This document shows positions 37,030-49,775 of a DNA stretch of 64,000 bases, in pieces. Position 1 is the stretch's first letter, and each line of letters opens with the position of its first letter. Position numbers and translations under genes: made by a program. Source of the DNA: Octopus sinensis (taxonomy: Eukaryota); the NCBI RefSeq assembly GCF_006345805.1, contig NC_042998.1:162688001-162752000 (forward strand). Direction: 5' to 3'. Under the pieces are notes generated by a model. It was not told where the DNA came from and searched no databases. It saw only the letters and a program-made list of their open reading frames with translations.

Positions 37030-37640
37030 TAAACTACCGCCCCCGAGGGTCAAGTTTTTCCTTCATCCTTCCGGTGTTGCTCTAGATTTTGTTGTTGTTT
37101 AGTCCCTTGTCAGGCTAGATCGACCCCCCCCCCACTACCATCTATCAATGAGCAATAACTTTTACTAAAAAATTTGGATTTTATTTGCTCTTCAAGGATT
37201 TGAACTCAGAATATAAAAAGACGAGGCTAAATATCGCAAGACAACTTGTTGGTAGCCTTTCTGATTCATACAACAAGTTCATTGCCGCAATAGCTACAAC
37301 ATGCCGGACAAAATGCTTCACGGAATTTCGTCCGTCTTTCAGATTTGAGTTTAAATTCTGCCGAGGTCGACAAAATAAGTACAACTCGAGCAGTGAGGGC
37401 AATCTAATCGATTAGCTCCCTCTTACAAAATTTAAAACCTTCTACCAGTAGTAGTAAAAAAGAATTATAATACGGCAGCGAGTTAACAGAACTATTAACA
37501 CTCTGGACAAAATGCTTAGCGCCATTTCTTCTAGTCCACGATTTGAGTGCAAATTCCGCCGAGGTTGACATTATCTCTTATCCTTTGGGGTGGATCTAAG
37601 CGGCTAACCTCCTCCCCATAAAATTGTAGAAAGGTTTATT
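37030..37640. mobile_element. Cluster of 3-4 diverged SINE S2 copies in both orientations
   Basis: Repeated gccgaggtc/tgac, aaatgctt and tttgaactcagaa motifs. Confidence 0.65.
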
Positions 37641-37964
37641 ATAATAATTAGTATTACACCAAAAGCACACACAAGCACGCATGCGCTAGCTGTTTTACAA
37701 AGTGGACCTCATTAAACGGGATAACGCAGAAGAGGAAATGCGGGTAACTGGTAAAGTTCGTTGCATCTGTCTATGCTAAAATAATAGTTTCCAGCTGGAT
37801 ATAGAAATCTGATCGTCGACTTTGTAGGTCAAAACGTTGGTGTAGCACCGACTCCCGCCATGAAAGAAATAATTAATTTTGACTAGATATCAAACAGGCT
37901 TTAGAGTGACTGAAAAGAGGACATTTGATGTTGTAACATTCATGCACTTCAAGGAATTAGCAAC

Positions 37965-38113
37965 CAGGGTCATCTTAGCAGCATTATAGGCCCTAGGGTA
38001 TATCAGTGTCCTGGGCCCTATAGTTTATTAACAGCAAGCTAGAGTATACATAAATCAGAATTGGGCTCCTAGACTGGTGGGGCCCAGTGTACCCCTGCTT
38101 CAAGGTGACACTG
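37965..38113. mobile_element. Old hAT-like MITE
   Basis: cagggtcatcttag ... tcaaggtgacactg imperfect inverted ends; flanks ttagcaac/atggcgac match 5 of 8. Confidence 0.35.
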
Positions 38114-38402
38114 ATGGCGACCCAAATGAAGGAAAGAGATCAACGACCGTTTACATCGTCTACTGCACTGTACCTCATACTTGTTGAGTAATTGGGTCGA
38201 TGTAATCGACTCGTCCGTACTCCCAAATTGCTGGCTTTGTGCCAAAATTTGAAGCCAATTTTCTATATAATATAAATATAGTATATTGTACAAGTTTTAC
38301 ATATACTATGTGTATACTGTCTAATAAATGTAGTTCATAGAAACTGTACTGATGCCAATCGTGTGTGTATGTGTGTGTGCGTGTGCGCGCGCGCGTTTAT
38401 TT

Positions 38403-38575
38403 TTTACCATTTGATAACCGGTGTTGCTTTGTCTACGTTCTCGGAACCCAGCGTTTCGGCGAAAGAAACCGATAGACTTAATATAAGTAATAAGTATTCA
38501 GGATGATTTGCTCGACTTAATCCTACAAGGCAGTGTCCAATTATGGCCGGAAGCCAATGACTGAAACAAGTAAGT
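38403..38575 (+). mobile_element. SINE S1 3' half
   Basis: ttgataaccggtgttg..tttcggcgaaagaaaccgataga..aatgactgaaacaagtaa. Confidence 0.7.
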
Positions 38576-38971
38576 GAAGTACAAAGATTTCAAACTGAGT
38601 ACCATGATGCGTTTTGTTCGATTTCCCACCGATTTTCATACACAACCGCTCTTTTAATTTATAGCACTAGTGTGTTCTTTGTTCTGCTCCAGATGGTGGA
38701 TCAGCAGATTCGTTAGAAAGTCAGGCGAAGTGCGATATTTTGTTTTGGTTCTTTGCGATCTAAGTTCAAATCCTGTGTTATCAACGTTACCTTATTATCC
38801 TTCCGAAATCGACCGAATAAAGAAGTAGGTGGATTTAGTAGACTGTCTAATTCTGCCTTCATGCATTGAGCTAGCACGGTGCAACAGAGCCCAAATCTAA
38901 ACCAAACATTGAATTCCGATGTTAGGGGAAGTGAGGCAACAATTGTAGAACCCCATCATCGCATCAGTAAG

Positions 38972-39145
38972 ATGGTGAACTGGCAGAGTCGTTAGCATGC
39001 CGGACTAAATGTTTAGCGGCATTTCTTCCGGCTTTACGTTGTTAGTTCAAATTACCTCAAGGTTGACTTTGCTTTTCATCCTTTTGCTAACGATAAAGTA
39101 AGTACCAGTTGAGCATGGGATCAATGTAACTGAATGTCCTCTCTC
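38972..39145 (+). mobile_element. SINE S2
   Basis: aagatggtgaactggcagagtcgttagc..aggttgactttgcttttcatcc..aagtaccagttgagc. Confidence 0.8.
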
Positions 39146-39369
39146 AATGTTATCCCGCTATATTTTGTGGCCATTTAAGCAATGGGTTCGTGAATGGTAA
39201 ATAGGTTAGATGTTGTGCTGGAGAGGAAGCAAGAATTCTTGAAATATGGCATAAACGCTCGTTACCTTTTTTTCCATCTTCGATCGCATTGTTGCTTATA
39301 TTAAACGTATTCGGTTACGAAACGTCGTAACAAACCAGTGCTGTCTATAATTTCTTTAGAAAATCTGTA

Positions 39370-39750
39370 GGCGTAGGAGTGGCTGTGTGGTAAGTAGCTT
39401 GCTCCCAACCACATGATTCCGGATTCAGTTCCACTGCATGGCACCTTGGGCAAGCCTTGGGCCAACCAAAGCCTCGTGAGTGGATTTGGTAGACGGAAAC
39501 TGAAAGAAGCCCGTCGTATATATGTATATGTATGTGTATATGTTTGCGTGTCTGTGTTTGTCCCTCCAGCATCGCTTAACAACCGATGCTGGTGTGTTTA
39601 CGTCCCCGTAACTTAGTGGTTCGACAAAAAAAGACCGATAGAATAAGTACTAGGCTTACAAAGAATAAGTCCTGGGGTTGATTTGTTCGACTAAAGGCGG
39701 TGCTTCAGCATGGCCATAATCAAATGACTGAAACAAGTAAAAGAGTAAAA
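39370..39750 (+). mobile_element. SINE S1, full length
   Basis: ggcgtaggagtggctgtgtggtaagtagcttgc ... caaatgactgaaacaagtaaaagagtaaaag. Confidence 0.9.
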
Positions 39751-41433
39751 GGGAGTATATAACCTTAACAAGAATATTATATCCGTAATATCCTATATTG
39801 CTGCCAACAAATAAACACACACACACATACATATTAGTCACTAACACATATACACACACGCGCGCGTGCACGTTTCCTCTAAAAGCAAACCACATTAAAA
39901 AAAGGATAACGTAAAAGAAATGTAAACGTTTTAAGCTCATTTCATGTCTTCTACAGCTCAATTGGGTAACAGAATGAAATTAAGACGAGTACAAACTGAA
40001 AATTAATCAGACCGAAAAGAAAAAAGGTAAGTAGTCAGGGATGGAATACCTTTAGTCAAAGGTTTGTTGATCAGTGATGTTCTAGACTTAAATAACGACT
40101 GTGTACCTGCGAATCATTAAAGCATTGTAATAAGTTATCGGTTTCAAAGTTGTTACTTATTTTAGAGGAAATGGATGTGTAGAGCTTATAAGAGATGTTG
40201 GTTCAGTGAGTACATCAGCTTCGGTCTTGAAGGGCCAAGGAGGGGCCCGTGAATATCTGACGAGCTCCTCCCTAAAAGAATAAGAAAATACCTCACAACC
40301 CCTTTGAATTTTGAGAGCAGTTCGTCACCCCAGGGGCTTGAAAGTAGTCTTGTTCTGCTTTGCAAAATTTTCTCTTGGAAGCCCTGGGGGTGAGCTATAG
40401 TCGATTTAATCAACTCCCTACAAATTATAATGAGTTCTTCCTCTAATACAAAAAACACACACATACATACACACATACACACATACACACACACACACAC
40501 ACACGTTTATGTATACACACTCTACTGGGATGGGTGAGAATGTGGCTGTGTGATAATCATGGCTTTTATATAGCATGTATATAGATCTAACTTCTATGTA
40601 AGTTAGATTCAGGATTAATACATGCGATTTAAGAAGCCAATTTGTAGTTAAAAATGTGATATTGAATTACAGATGCCATGTTTTCAAAACAATGTCAGAG
40701 TTCACTTTGCCACCCGCTATTACACAGCTTTGAACATGTTTGTTCGTGTTTTTGTTTCGTCAACTGCTTTCTGTTCAGATTTCAGATAAACACTTTAACA
40801 TGGCGCCCCATTACATTATTATTGCTTAAAAACTTTTTACAACTGGTCCCAAGAGATGCAAAACGCACAGAAATACAGAAGCGTTTTCGAAGCGGCCTGG
40901 GTTGTACATGATTTACTGTGTAATTTGAAATTAATTTCCAATCAAAGTGCCATTAAAAAAAAAAAGAAAGAAAGAATCACATATCACTCAAAGAATCCAG
41001 ACATAGTCTTTCTTTTCCCCCTTTCTGTCTTTCTATTTTTCGGTTGTTCATTCTTCGTCTCTTTCTTTCCTTCCGTTTCTCCCTTTCTCTCCACATATAT
41101 AAAAATTACTCTCGCCAGCAAGCTAGCATCTGCGTTGTCGCCCAATTTGCTAGAAATATTACCAAATCTCTCTCAAATAATATTCAACTGCCTTTAAAAA
41201 GGGAAGGACGCATGTAGTCTCTGAATATATATATATATATATAATAGTGGGGATGGCCATGGCTAAAACTCCTTTGATTATAAGGTCTGCTGATTATAGA
41301 CGTGATGTGACAGAGAGCTGACTTACGACTAAGCAACAACAACGATTATACTGCTGACTGTTTTATCACTTTTATCCTCTCTCTTTCCATCTATCTCTGT
41401 CTCTCTCTGTCTCTCTCTGTGTGTCTCTCTCTC

Positions 41434-41469
<36 letters not shown>

Positions 41470-41699
41470 TTTCCTTGTATCTCTGTTTCTCTCTCTTTCC
41501 CTCTATCTCCCTTTCTCTTTCGAGAGAAACTTGTAGGGAACTTGATCTAAACCGAAATTCGAACCATTACTTAGACTTAATTGTCATGAAACGGTAAAGT
41601 AGTTAAGTGAGCGTTTAAAGAGTCATAAGTCATATTTTACAGCCACAAACAATTTAAACTAAATGTTATGTGAACCTCATCTTGATAACAAGGATTTAT

Positions 41700-41900
41700 A
41701 AGGCAGCGAGCTGGCAGAATCCTTAGCACGCCGGGCATAATGCTTAGCGACATTTTGTCCGTCTTTACGTTCTGAGTTCAAATTCCGCTGAGGTTGACAC
41801 TTTTCCATCATCCTTTCGGGGTTCAATAAAATAAGTACTAGTTGAGTACTTAACCCCTCTCCGAATTTGCCGGCATTGTGCCAAATTTTGAAATCAATAA
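41700..41900 (+). mobile_element. SINE S2
   Basis: aaggcagcgagctggcagaatccttagcacgccggg..cgttctgagttcaaattccgctgagg. Confidence 0.85.
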
Positions 41901-42078
41901 TAAGGATTTACATCTTTGTTTTATCTTTCGCTCGTTCAGTCAGTATACTACAGTCACGCTGGGGTACTGTCTTGAAGGGTCTACTGGTCTAGTCGAAAAA
42001 AATCAACCCCGTGTCAGGTAGGGTCGTCACTCCCTGAAGTAGGGAAGAAAATCGCTACCCACTACCTTATATATATAT

Positions 42079-42263
42079 GTGTGTGTGGTAAGAAGCTTGC
42101 TTCTCAACCACAAAGTTCTAGTTTTAGTCTCACTGCGTGAAACCTTGGTGACTTCTACTATAGCCTCGGGCCGAGTGGATTTGGTAGACAGAAACTTAAG
42201 GCGGCGAGCTGGCAGAAAAGTTAGCACGCCGGGCGAAATGCGTAGCCGTATTTCGGCTGCCGC
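42079..42263 (+). mobile_element. Nested SINE heads: S1 head interrupted by an S2 head, itself interrupted by the Tx1 LINE
   Basis: S1 runs to ggatttggtagacagaaact (42198), then aaggcggcgagctggcagaaaagttagcacgccgggcgaaatgcgtagccgtatttcggctgccgc, then non-SINE sequence. Confidence 0.85.
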
Positions 42264-42424
42264 ACATGTGTTCGTGGTAAAAATTGCTGTTTCTTGGTGT
42301 TAATATTGTTAATAACTGTTGTTTCTTGTTAAACTGTTGAATAACTTAACTGTTGGAGTTTTCATTTGAAAACACTTAGTGCTATTAGTAGCACGCGTTG
42401 TTCATTACCCCTTTGGGGGCAAGA

Positions 42425-43946
42425 ATGTCGTCTAGCATGGAGCCTACCGTTGGAGCAGAAATACTTGTTTCTCCTGTTGAGAGGAGAAAATACATGTCCG
42501 GCGAGGAGCCAACTACAGACAAGGAAATAAGGGTTTCCCCCGCTACAAGAAAGAATAGCAGAATAGATAATATATTTGATTTTATGTGTCTGAAAGCTCG
42601 TCAGAACTTTCACCAGAAGAGTTTCCGACTTTGCCAGAGAACAAAGGCATTGTGTCGAAAAGAATAATTGATGTACCTAGCATCCAGATAGAACCAAAAA
42701 ATGGAAAAAAAAGTTTTGCGTTGGCTGCTGGGGGTGGAACCCGGCTGCTGTCGACGAATAAAAGCGACTTTATGAAATACAGCCAAATGATGAAAATAAC
42801 TGACAACGGTGTGAAAATTGAACCTCCGCAAAAGTTATTACAAGAAGAAAAGCAAAAAACAATAATTTTCAAAACATATTGTCTACAAAAAAGAAAAATT
42901 GAAAGAATGTCAGAAGAGAAAATAGAAAAGTGCTTAAAGCCAATATGGGCCGACGTAGTTTATCTGAGAAGAAGCAAAAAATTTGGAACGGTGGAAGTAA
43001 GGTTCACCAATAAAGAAATAGCACACAAGAACTCAGTAGAAACGCTGAAAACGAACGACGTGGAGCTCATCCCCTATTAAATGGGGATGAGAACGTCCAG
43101 AATAAAAATTACAAGGGTCCCGCCAGAAGTGGACCCTATGTGGTTGTTGGCGGCAGTCCTAATCAAAGAGGTAGAAAAAATTACTCTCCTCCATGCTACC
43201 GCTACGGAAAACCCACGCTGGGATGGTCAAACAATTAATCTTCTCATTCAAGCGGACCCTAAAATAATTCAAGCAATTCCCGAGACAATTGAGGTAGGGG
43301 AGGAGAACCTCGTGGTGTTTGTTGAGGGCCGAAAACCTCGATGTTTTTTATGTGGTCAATTAGGCCACATTCGAAGGGACTGCAAGGAAAATGAAGAAGA
43401 GGAGGCAGAAGAGAAAAAAGACAAAGAGGAAGAAGAAAAAGAAGAAACATATGAGAAAAAACAACAAACAAAAGAAAAATACAACCAGCAACTCAGCCGA
43501 GAGCGGCGACTACTACAGAACAACGACCAAAAAAGACTGCCAGAAGAGAAAAAGAAGAAAAAGGCATAATTGCCGTATACACTAAAGATACTGAGCTCAC
43601 GAGAGACATTCAACTGATAAAGACTGTAAAAAAAATAGATAACCTTTCAGAGGAATTTATCAATTACGACATATATGAAGTCTCAAATAAGACTTATAGA
43701 ATTCTACAAAATAAATACAGAAAGACTGTATCTTCATTGAGATTAGATTTTAATAAGTCGATATTTCATGGATTACCAGCCCCGATCCCGCGAGAAAAGG
43801 AAAAGGTGGAGATTCCCCCTCCACCTGATAATTCTGTGTCGGTGATGAGACGGGATTTTGACAAATCTATTTCCCAAGACCGTCCACCTCCGACCCTGGA
43901 TCAAAAAAAGGTGGAGGGTCCCCCTCCACCGGACAATCCTGATTAA
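42425..43946 (+). pseudogene. LINE ORF1 (RRM-like region, one CCHC zinc knuckle, charged and Pro-rich tail), disrupted
   Basis: ORF-track pieces 42398/42586/43081/43737 join through a frameshift near 42590, an in-frame TAA at 43078-43080 and later stops; KFGTVEVRF, SRIKITRVPP, EGRKPRCFLCGQLGHIRRDC. Confidence 0.85.
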
Positions 43947-43957
43947 ACAGGTAAGTC

Positions 43958-45473
43958 ATGTCTATTCACATTAGTTGTATAAATGTTCGTGGCCTGTTGT
44001 CAAGCTGGAAGCAAGGACGCTTTCTAAATGACATCAGGTCGAGAAATTTGGATGTAATTGTTGCAACGGAAACCCGGGTGAAGGGGCCAAGAGATCTGCT
44101 CCCCCTCCTGAACGGCTACAAGAAATACGTTTCTCCGAGTCGGGCGGAAGGTGGGGGTGGGGTGTTGGTCCTACTAAAAAGAAACCGGGTAGCCGAGAAA
44201 AAGTTGGGTTTTTCTGACCCAGAAGGCAGGCTGGTCGTTCTCGACTTGATATTCAGTTGTGGCAAGACAATCAGGCTGGTCGCTATTTACGCACCAAACA
44301 TTATTGGCCCGCAAACTGAATATTTTCGTGGCCTAGGAAAGTTCCTAGCCACGTCGCATTCACTAGTAGTGTTAGGAGACTCTAATACAATATGTGCAGC
44401 ACACACAGATTGTGTTAGCTCAAGCTCGAACATGAACAGAAAATGTAACCCAGGCTTTCGGGATCTGCTAAGTCAATTTCAGCTAGCAGATCCATATAGG
44501 TTGGAGCACCCGAACACTCCACAGTGGACGTGGTCAAATAGTGACGGGTCTACCAGAACATATCTAGATAGGATTTTAATTAGAGAAAAAGATAAGTCCA
44601 TAGTTGAGTGTCCACAGTTTTTTCTAGTCAGCTACAGTGACCACAAGATGGTTACCTGTAAACTGACGGTAGATAAGTTGCATAGACAGGGATCTGGCTA
44701 CTGGAAACTCAATACGTCCCTTTTGGCGACTGAGGAGTACAGAAAGCGGATCAAGATGTTAATACAGAGGGCATTAACAGGTACCATCATTAATAACAAA
44801 TGGTGGTACGCCCTAAAAAGAGCCATCAAATATGAGTCTATTAGGTTTAGCATAAGTTTAGCTAAGAAGGGACGTTAAATAGGAGATGATCTAGTTAAGG
44901 AACTAGAAGAAGCCTGGAGGACTGGTAGTACAGACCAAGCGAGGAGTTAAACCAGCATCTTGAAGCCCACCAGATGGGAAGTATTACCAGAGCTAAGTTA
45001 CGTGCAATGGGAAGTGAAGGAATCAAAGCCGCTGGATGGGCCCGAATGGTGGAAGCTCGGCAAGGAAATAGTTCCTCTGTTCGGTTTTTGATGAATCAAA
45101 ATGGTGTCTTGGTAAACGAACCCGAGAAAATGTGTGAGGTCTTTCGGGAGTACTTCGCCCAGCTGTTCGGGGGTGACGGCGGTCCTGGTGGTGGGAGAGC
45201 CCTCGAGGACTTTCTTACCGGGCTGCTGTGCCTCTCGGGGTCGGATGCGGAGTCTTGCGAAGGGCCAATCACACCTGAGGAGGTGATGGAAGCTTTGGTC
45301 GATTGTAAAGCGGGTAAGTCACCGGGACTTGATGGTCTTCCGTACGAACTGTATAAATGTATGCCAGACTTGTTCGGGCAACTACTGACTGACGTGTACG
45401 CGAACTGGAAACAGAATGGGTTTATCCCCAGATCTGTGCGCCGGGGAGTAGTGACGTTGGTCAGAAAGGACCC
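43958..45473 (+). pseudogene. LINE ORF2: APE endonuclease plus start of reverse transcriptase, disrupted and 3'-truncated
   Basis: INVRGL, ATETR, DPEGR, AIYAPN, LGDSN, DRIL, SDHK, GSGYWKLNTSLL; stop at 44876-44878, then a frameshift, then KSPGLDGLPYELYK..GVVTLVRKDP. No YADD region present. Confidence 0.92.
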
Positions 45474-45504
45474 GCTGCTCTAACCACTACGCCATGTGCC
45501 TCCA
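45471..45504 (-). mobile_element. Head of tRNA-derived SINE (S3-like) fused to the broken LINE end
   Basis: Reverse complement tggaggcacatggcgtagtggttagagcagcggg matches the head at 63391 (tggaggcgcaatggcccagtagttagggcagcgg). Confidence 0.7.
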
Positions 45505-45586
45505 CTATATAGACATATATACATATAAATACACATATGCACACGCACACATATAAGCATACATATATACATACATATATGTATAT

Positions 45587-46005
45587 CCTTTATCTTTTAC
45601 TTGTTTCAGTCATTAGACTGTTGTCATGCTGGGGCACTGCGTTGAAGAATTTTTAGTCGAATGAATCGATCTTAGAATTGATTACGTTTTACAAAGTCTA
45701 GCACATACTCTCTTTCGCAAGCCGCAAATTGATTGGGATGTAAACACTCCAACACCGGTTGTCAAGCAGTTGTGGAGGACAAATACAGGCACAAAGATAC
45801 ACACATGCACACGCACACACACACATGCAAATGCACACACATAAACGGTGGGCTTCTTCCAGTTTCCGTCCACCAAATCCATTCATAAGTCTTTGATCGG
45901 CCCGAGACAATAGTAGAAGTCATCTCCCCAAGGTGCCACGCAATGGGACTGAACCCGGAACCATGCGTTTGAAAACGCAAGCTTCTTACCACAACCACAA
46001 CCACG
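45587..46005 (-). mobile_element. SINE S1
   Basis: Homology to other S1 copies. Confidence 0.88.
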
Positions 46006-46571
46006 TAACCACATATAATGGTTTCAACTGGGAGTAGAAACCGGGTCACAAATGCAACTAATGAGCGATCCCCTTGCACGAAATATGTCAGAGTTGGTAA
46101 CATAGGAAGCTTCATGACACATCTCTACCCCAATCCTTTTCTTTCGTGATATCACTCCAGCGAGGCAAATCCCAGCTAAGCTTGTTGTGTGTATATAAAC
46201 TGATATAGGCCGTTGTGAACTGAGGTTAGAATCCAACGAGAATTCCATACTCGTTTCAAATAACGAACGACGTCAACCGCGTGGGAGTTAATAACAGCAA
46301 AGACGAGAGAAAAAGGCAGAACCATTTATAGGGATTGTATACATTAAACTGTTATATTTTTAGGGACGGATGCTTACATACATACATACATACGCAAATA
46401 CATACATATACATAGATATATACAAACATATATAACTGTATACGCACACACGCATTCATACATATATAAATGAAACATATATGCATATATACAAATATAT
46501 ATATATATATATATATATAAATATGCATACGTAGATATATACATAAATGCATACATACACACATTCATACA

Positions 46572-46617
<46 letters not shown>

Positions 46618-46733
46618 CATATATATATACACATATATATGTGTATGCATATATGTATACACATTATATGCATATATATATACTCATATATATGCATATA
46701 TATATATACAAATATATACAGATATATATAGAT

Positions 46734-46771
<38 letters not shown>

Positions 46772-47344
46772 AAGGGCACTCCCACTCGCACGCACACAGG
46801 CACGTGTAAGCATTGGACAGTTACAATTTTAGAGACGTATTAAGTTACGTAATCTTCGCCGTAGATTTATGGGTAAATCAACGCTTTTAATCTCATACAC
46901 CCGGCCATCTGGTTACTTCCTCAACGACTCGTGGTGGGTAAAAGGGAGCAGCAAGGAAAGCATAAAAATCTAAATTAGTAAAGTATTCCTACTTATATGA
47001 ATAGAATAAAAAAAAATGTTTTGTTCTAGTATGTATGGAAATATATGAAATCTCAGGGTTTTAAATGGTGTAAAATACATCATCAAGGAAGTGGGAAACG
47101 AAATCCAGAACGAGGCGGGAGAACCATAAGCGATCTGTATATCACTCCAATACAGCAACGCTGCCAGTATTATAGAAAATAAGAGTGAAATATTTTATCT
47201 ATAAATCCATTGAGTTGTTTGTCTATCTCGTATTGCTGTCACCCATTGTTCTGTTCATTTTCTTTATTTATTTATTTCTTTTTGCTTCACCTACTTTCCC
47301 TTTCATATTCGTATAGTCTTTCATTACTATTTTACTATATTGGC

Positions 47345-47774
47345 TTTAAATGTTGGCACAAGGCCAGCAATTTCAGGGAAGTGGGTAAATTGATTACATC
47401 GACCTCCTCAGTTCTCAAACGACACTTATTTCATCGATCCCTGTTAGGATAAAGGCAAAGTCGACCTCGGGAGAGTTTCAACTCGGGACGTAAAGACGGA
47501 CGAAATGCCGCTAAGCATTTCGCTGCCTCTGAAGTTTGGCACAAGGCCATTAATTTCAATTAAGGGATAGATTGATTACATCGACCCCCAGTGATCAACT
47601 GGTACTTATTTCATCAACCCTGAAAGGATGAAAGGCAAAGTCGACCTCGGCAGAATTTCAACTCGGAGCATAAAGACAGACGAAGTGCCACTAAGCATTT
47701 TCCCCGACATACTAACGATTCTTCTCGCTCGCTGCCTTAATACTACTACTACTACTACTACCACCACCACCACA

Positions 47775-47820
<46 letters not shown>

Positions 47821-47843
47821 TAACTACTACTACTACTACTTAA

Positions 47844-47888
<45 letters not shown>

Positions 47889-48088
47889 TTTGGCACAAGG
47901 CCAGCAATTTCGGTGTGGTGGTAAGTCGACTACGTTGACTCCAGTGTTTCACTGCTACATAATTTATCGACTCCGAAAGTTTAAAAGGTAAAGTCGACCT
48001 CGGCGGTATTTGAACACAGAACGTAAAGACGGACGAAATTTGACAAAACATTTTACCCGGCGTGCTAACGATTCTGCCAGCTTGCTGC
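47345..48088 (-). mobile_element. Three SINE S2 copies separated by (CTA)n/(ATA)n
   Basis: Bodies at about 47345-47525, 47530-47738 and 47888-48088. Confidence 0.85.
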
Positions 48089-48651
48089 CTTTATTTATTT
48101 TTACAGTATTAATTCTTCTTCCATTTACACCTTTTTTTTCACTGTTTCTTCTCACTCTCCTTTTACTTCGTATTCGGTTTTCCTTCTTTCTAACAATCAA
48201 CCTCCATATCTTTCGCACTTCGTTTTAATTTACATTTGTACCCTTATAAAATCAACTTATCAAAGCTTGTTTTAAATATCCAACAACTTCCATTTCATCT
48301 TATTTAAATATCTATTTGCTCTATTTTTTTTAATTATCGTTTGAATATTGGAAACTAGAAATTCCGAACAACAGTTTCACTTTCCAACATTCAGTATTGG
48401 TATTCACACGAATACATACATACATACATACATACATACATACATACATACATACATACATACATACATACATCATTTAAATCCGGGAAAAATCTTCACA
48501 GACTGTTTCCGTTCATCGGAGGGTCTGACTAACAGTTTGTGAAGATTTTTTCGGCTTTCATACAAGTATATTACTCTACCTTCGGTATTCGAGCACTATT
48601 TTTTCCACTTTACTTTGCATTTACGTGCTTACTCGTATACATACATATAAT

Positions 48652-49030
48652 TTTTTATTCTTTTACCTGTTTTAATCATTAGACTGCGACCGTGCTGGAA
48701 CACAAACTTGAAGTTTTAGTCGAATGAATCGACCCCCAGTACTTTTTAAGCCTGGTACATCTTCTATCGAACTCTCTTGCCAAACTGCTAAGTTACGGGG
48801 ACTTAAACACACCAACACCGGTTGTCATGCGCGGTGGGGGACAAACCCAGATACAATGACACACACAAACATATATATTCACGACGAGCTTCTTTCAGTT
48901 TCCACCTGCCAAATCCACTCATAGTCGGCCTGAGGCTATAATAAAAGACGCCATGCAATGGAAATGAACCTGAACCATATAACCATATGGTTGGGAAGCA
49001 AGCTTCTTACCACACAGCCACATCTGCGCC
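48652..49030 (-). mobile_element. SINE S1
   Basis: Homology to other S1 copies. Confidence 0.85.
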
Positions 49031-49502
49031 TTCACACACTGACAAATATTAAGTGTCAGTAACGTCTGAGCAAGGATAAGTGCGGTTTGCATAAAACCAC
49101 GATGACCTTCACTAACAACGCCAAGAAACCCAGGGACAAGCTAAGCGCAAGATATCAGTAGAGCAGGGGTTTATATGCAAGTCAAACTTCTCCTAGAGAA
49201 ATTCCTTGACAAAGACCAGAGGATCCTCATTCCTAGAGGGTTTGCTACGTCCTCGGACACCAAACTGAATTCTTATACCTACCGACGTATATTCTTGCAT
49301 ACATACATATATACATACATACATACATTCATATATACATACATACACACACACACACACACTCACATATATATGTATACACTCATATATGTATATATAC
49401 ATGTATATACACACACACACACACACACACACGCAACACTATGATGCGGCAGGACTGTAGCGGAAAGTGGTTAACTACTCCCAGATTATTTTACCCGTCG
49501 GT

Positions 49503-49612
<110 letters not shown>

Positions 49613-49732
49613 GCGTGTGTGTGTGTGTATACATATACATTTCATATGTATATTTATACATATACATTTCATATGTATATTTATACATATATATAAATAT
49701 ATGTATATATGTATATACATATATATATATAA

Positions 49733-49775
<43 letters not shown>

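Larger units (their letters stand above)
42264..45473 (+). mobile_element. L1/Tx1-clade LINE, 5' end retained, truncated at the start of RT
   Basis: 5' UTR, gag-like ORF1 with a CCHC knuckle, ORF2 APE endonuclease and the RT domain-0 region in the expected order. Confidence 0.92.

Noticed and set aside
39957-40026. Candidate 70-nt exon (ctacag ... AG|GTAAGT)
   Set aside because: Stops in all three frames; splice-like motifs are expected by chance in 64 kb.
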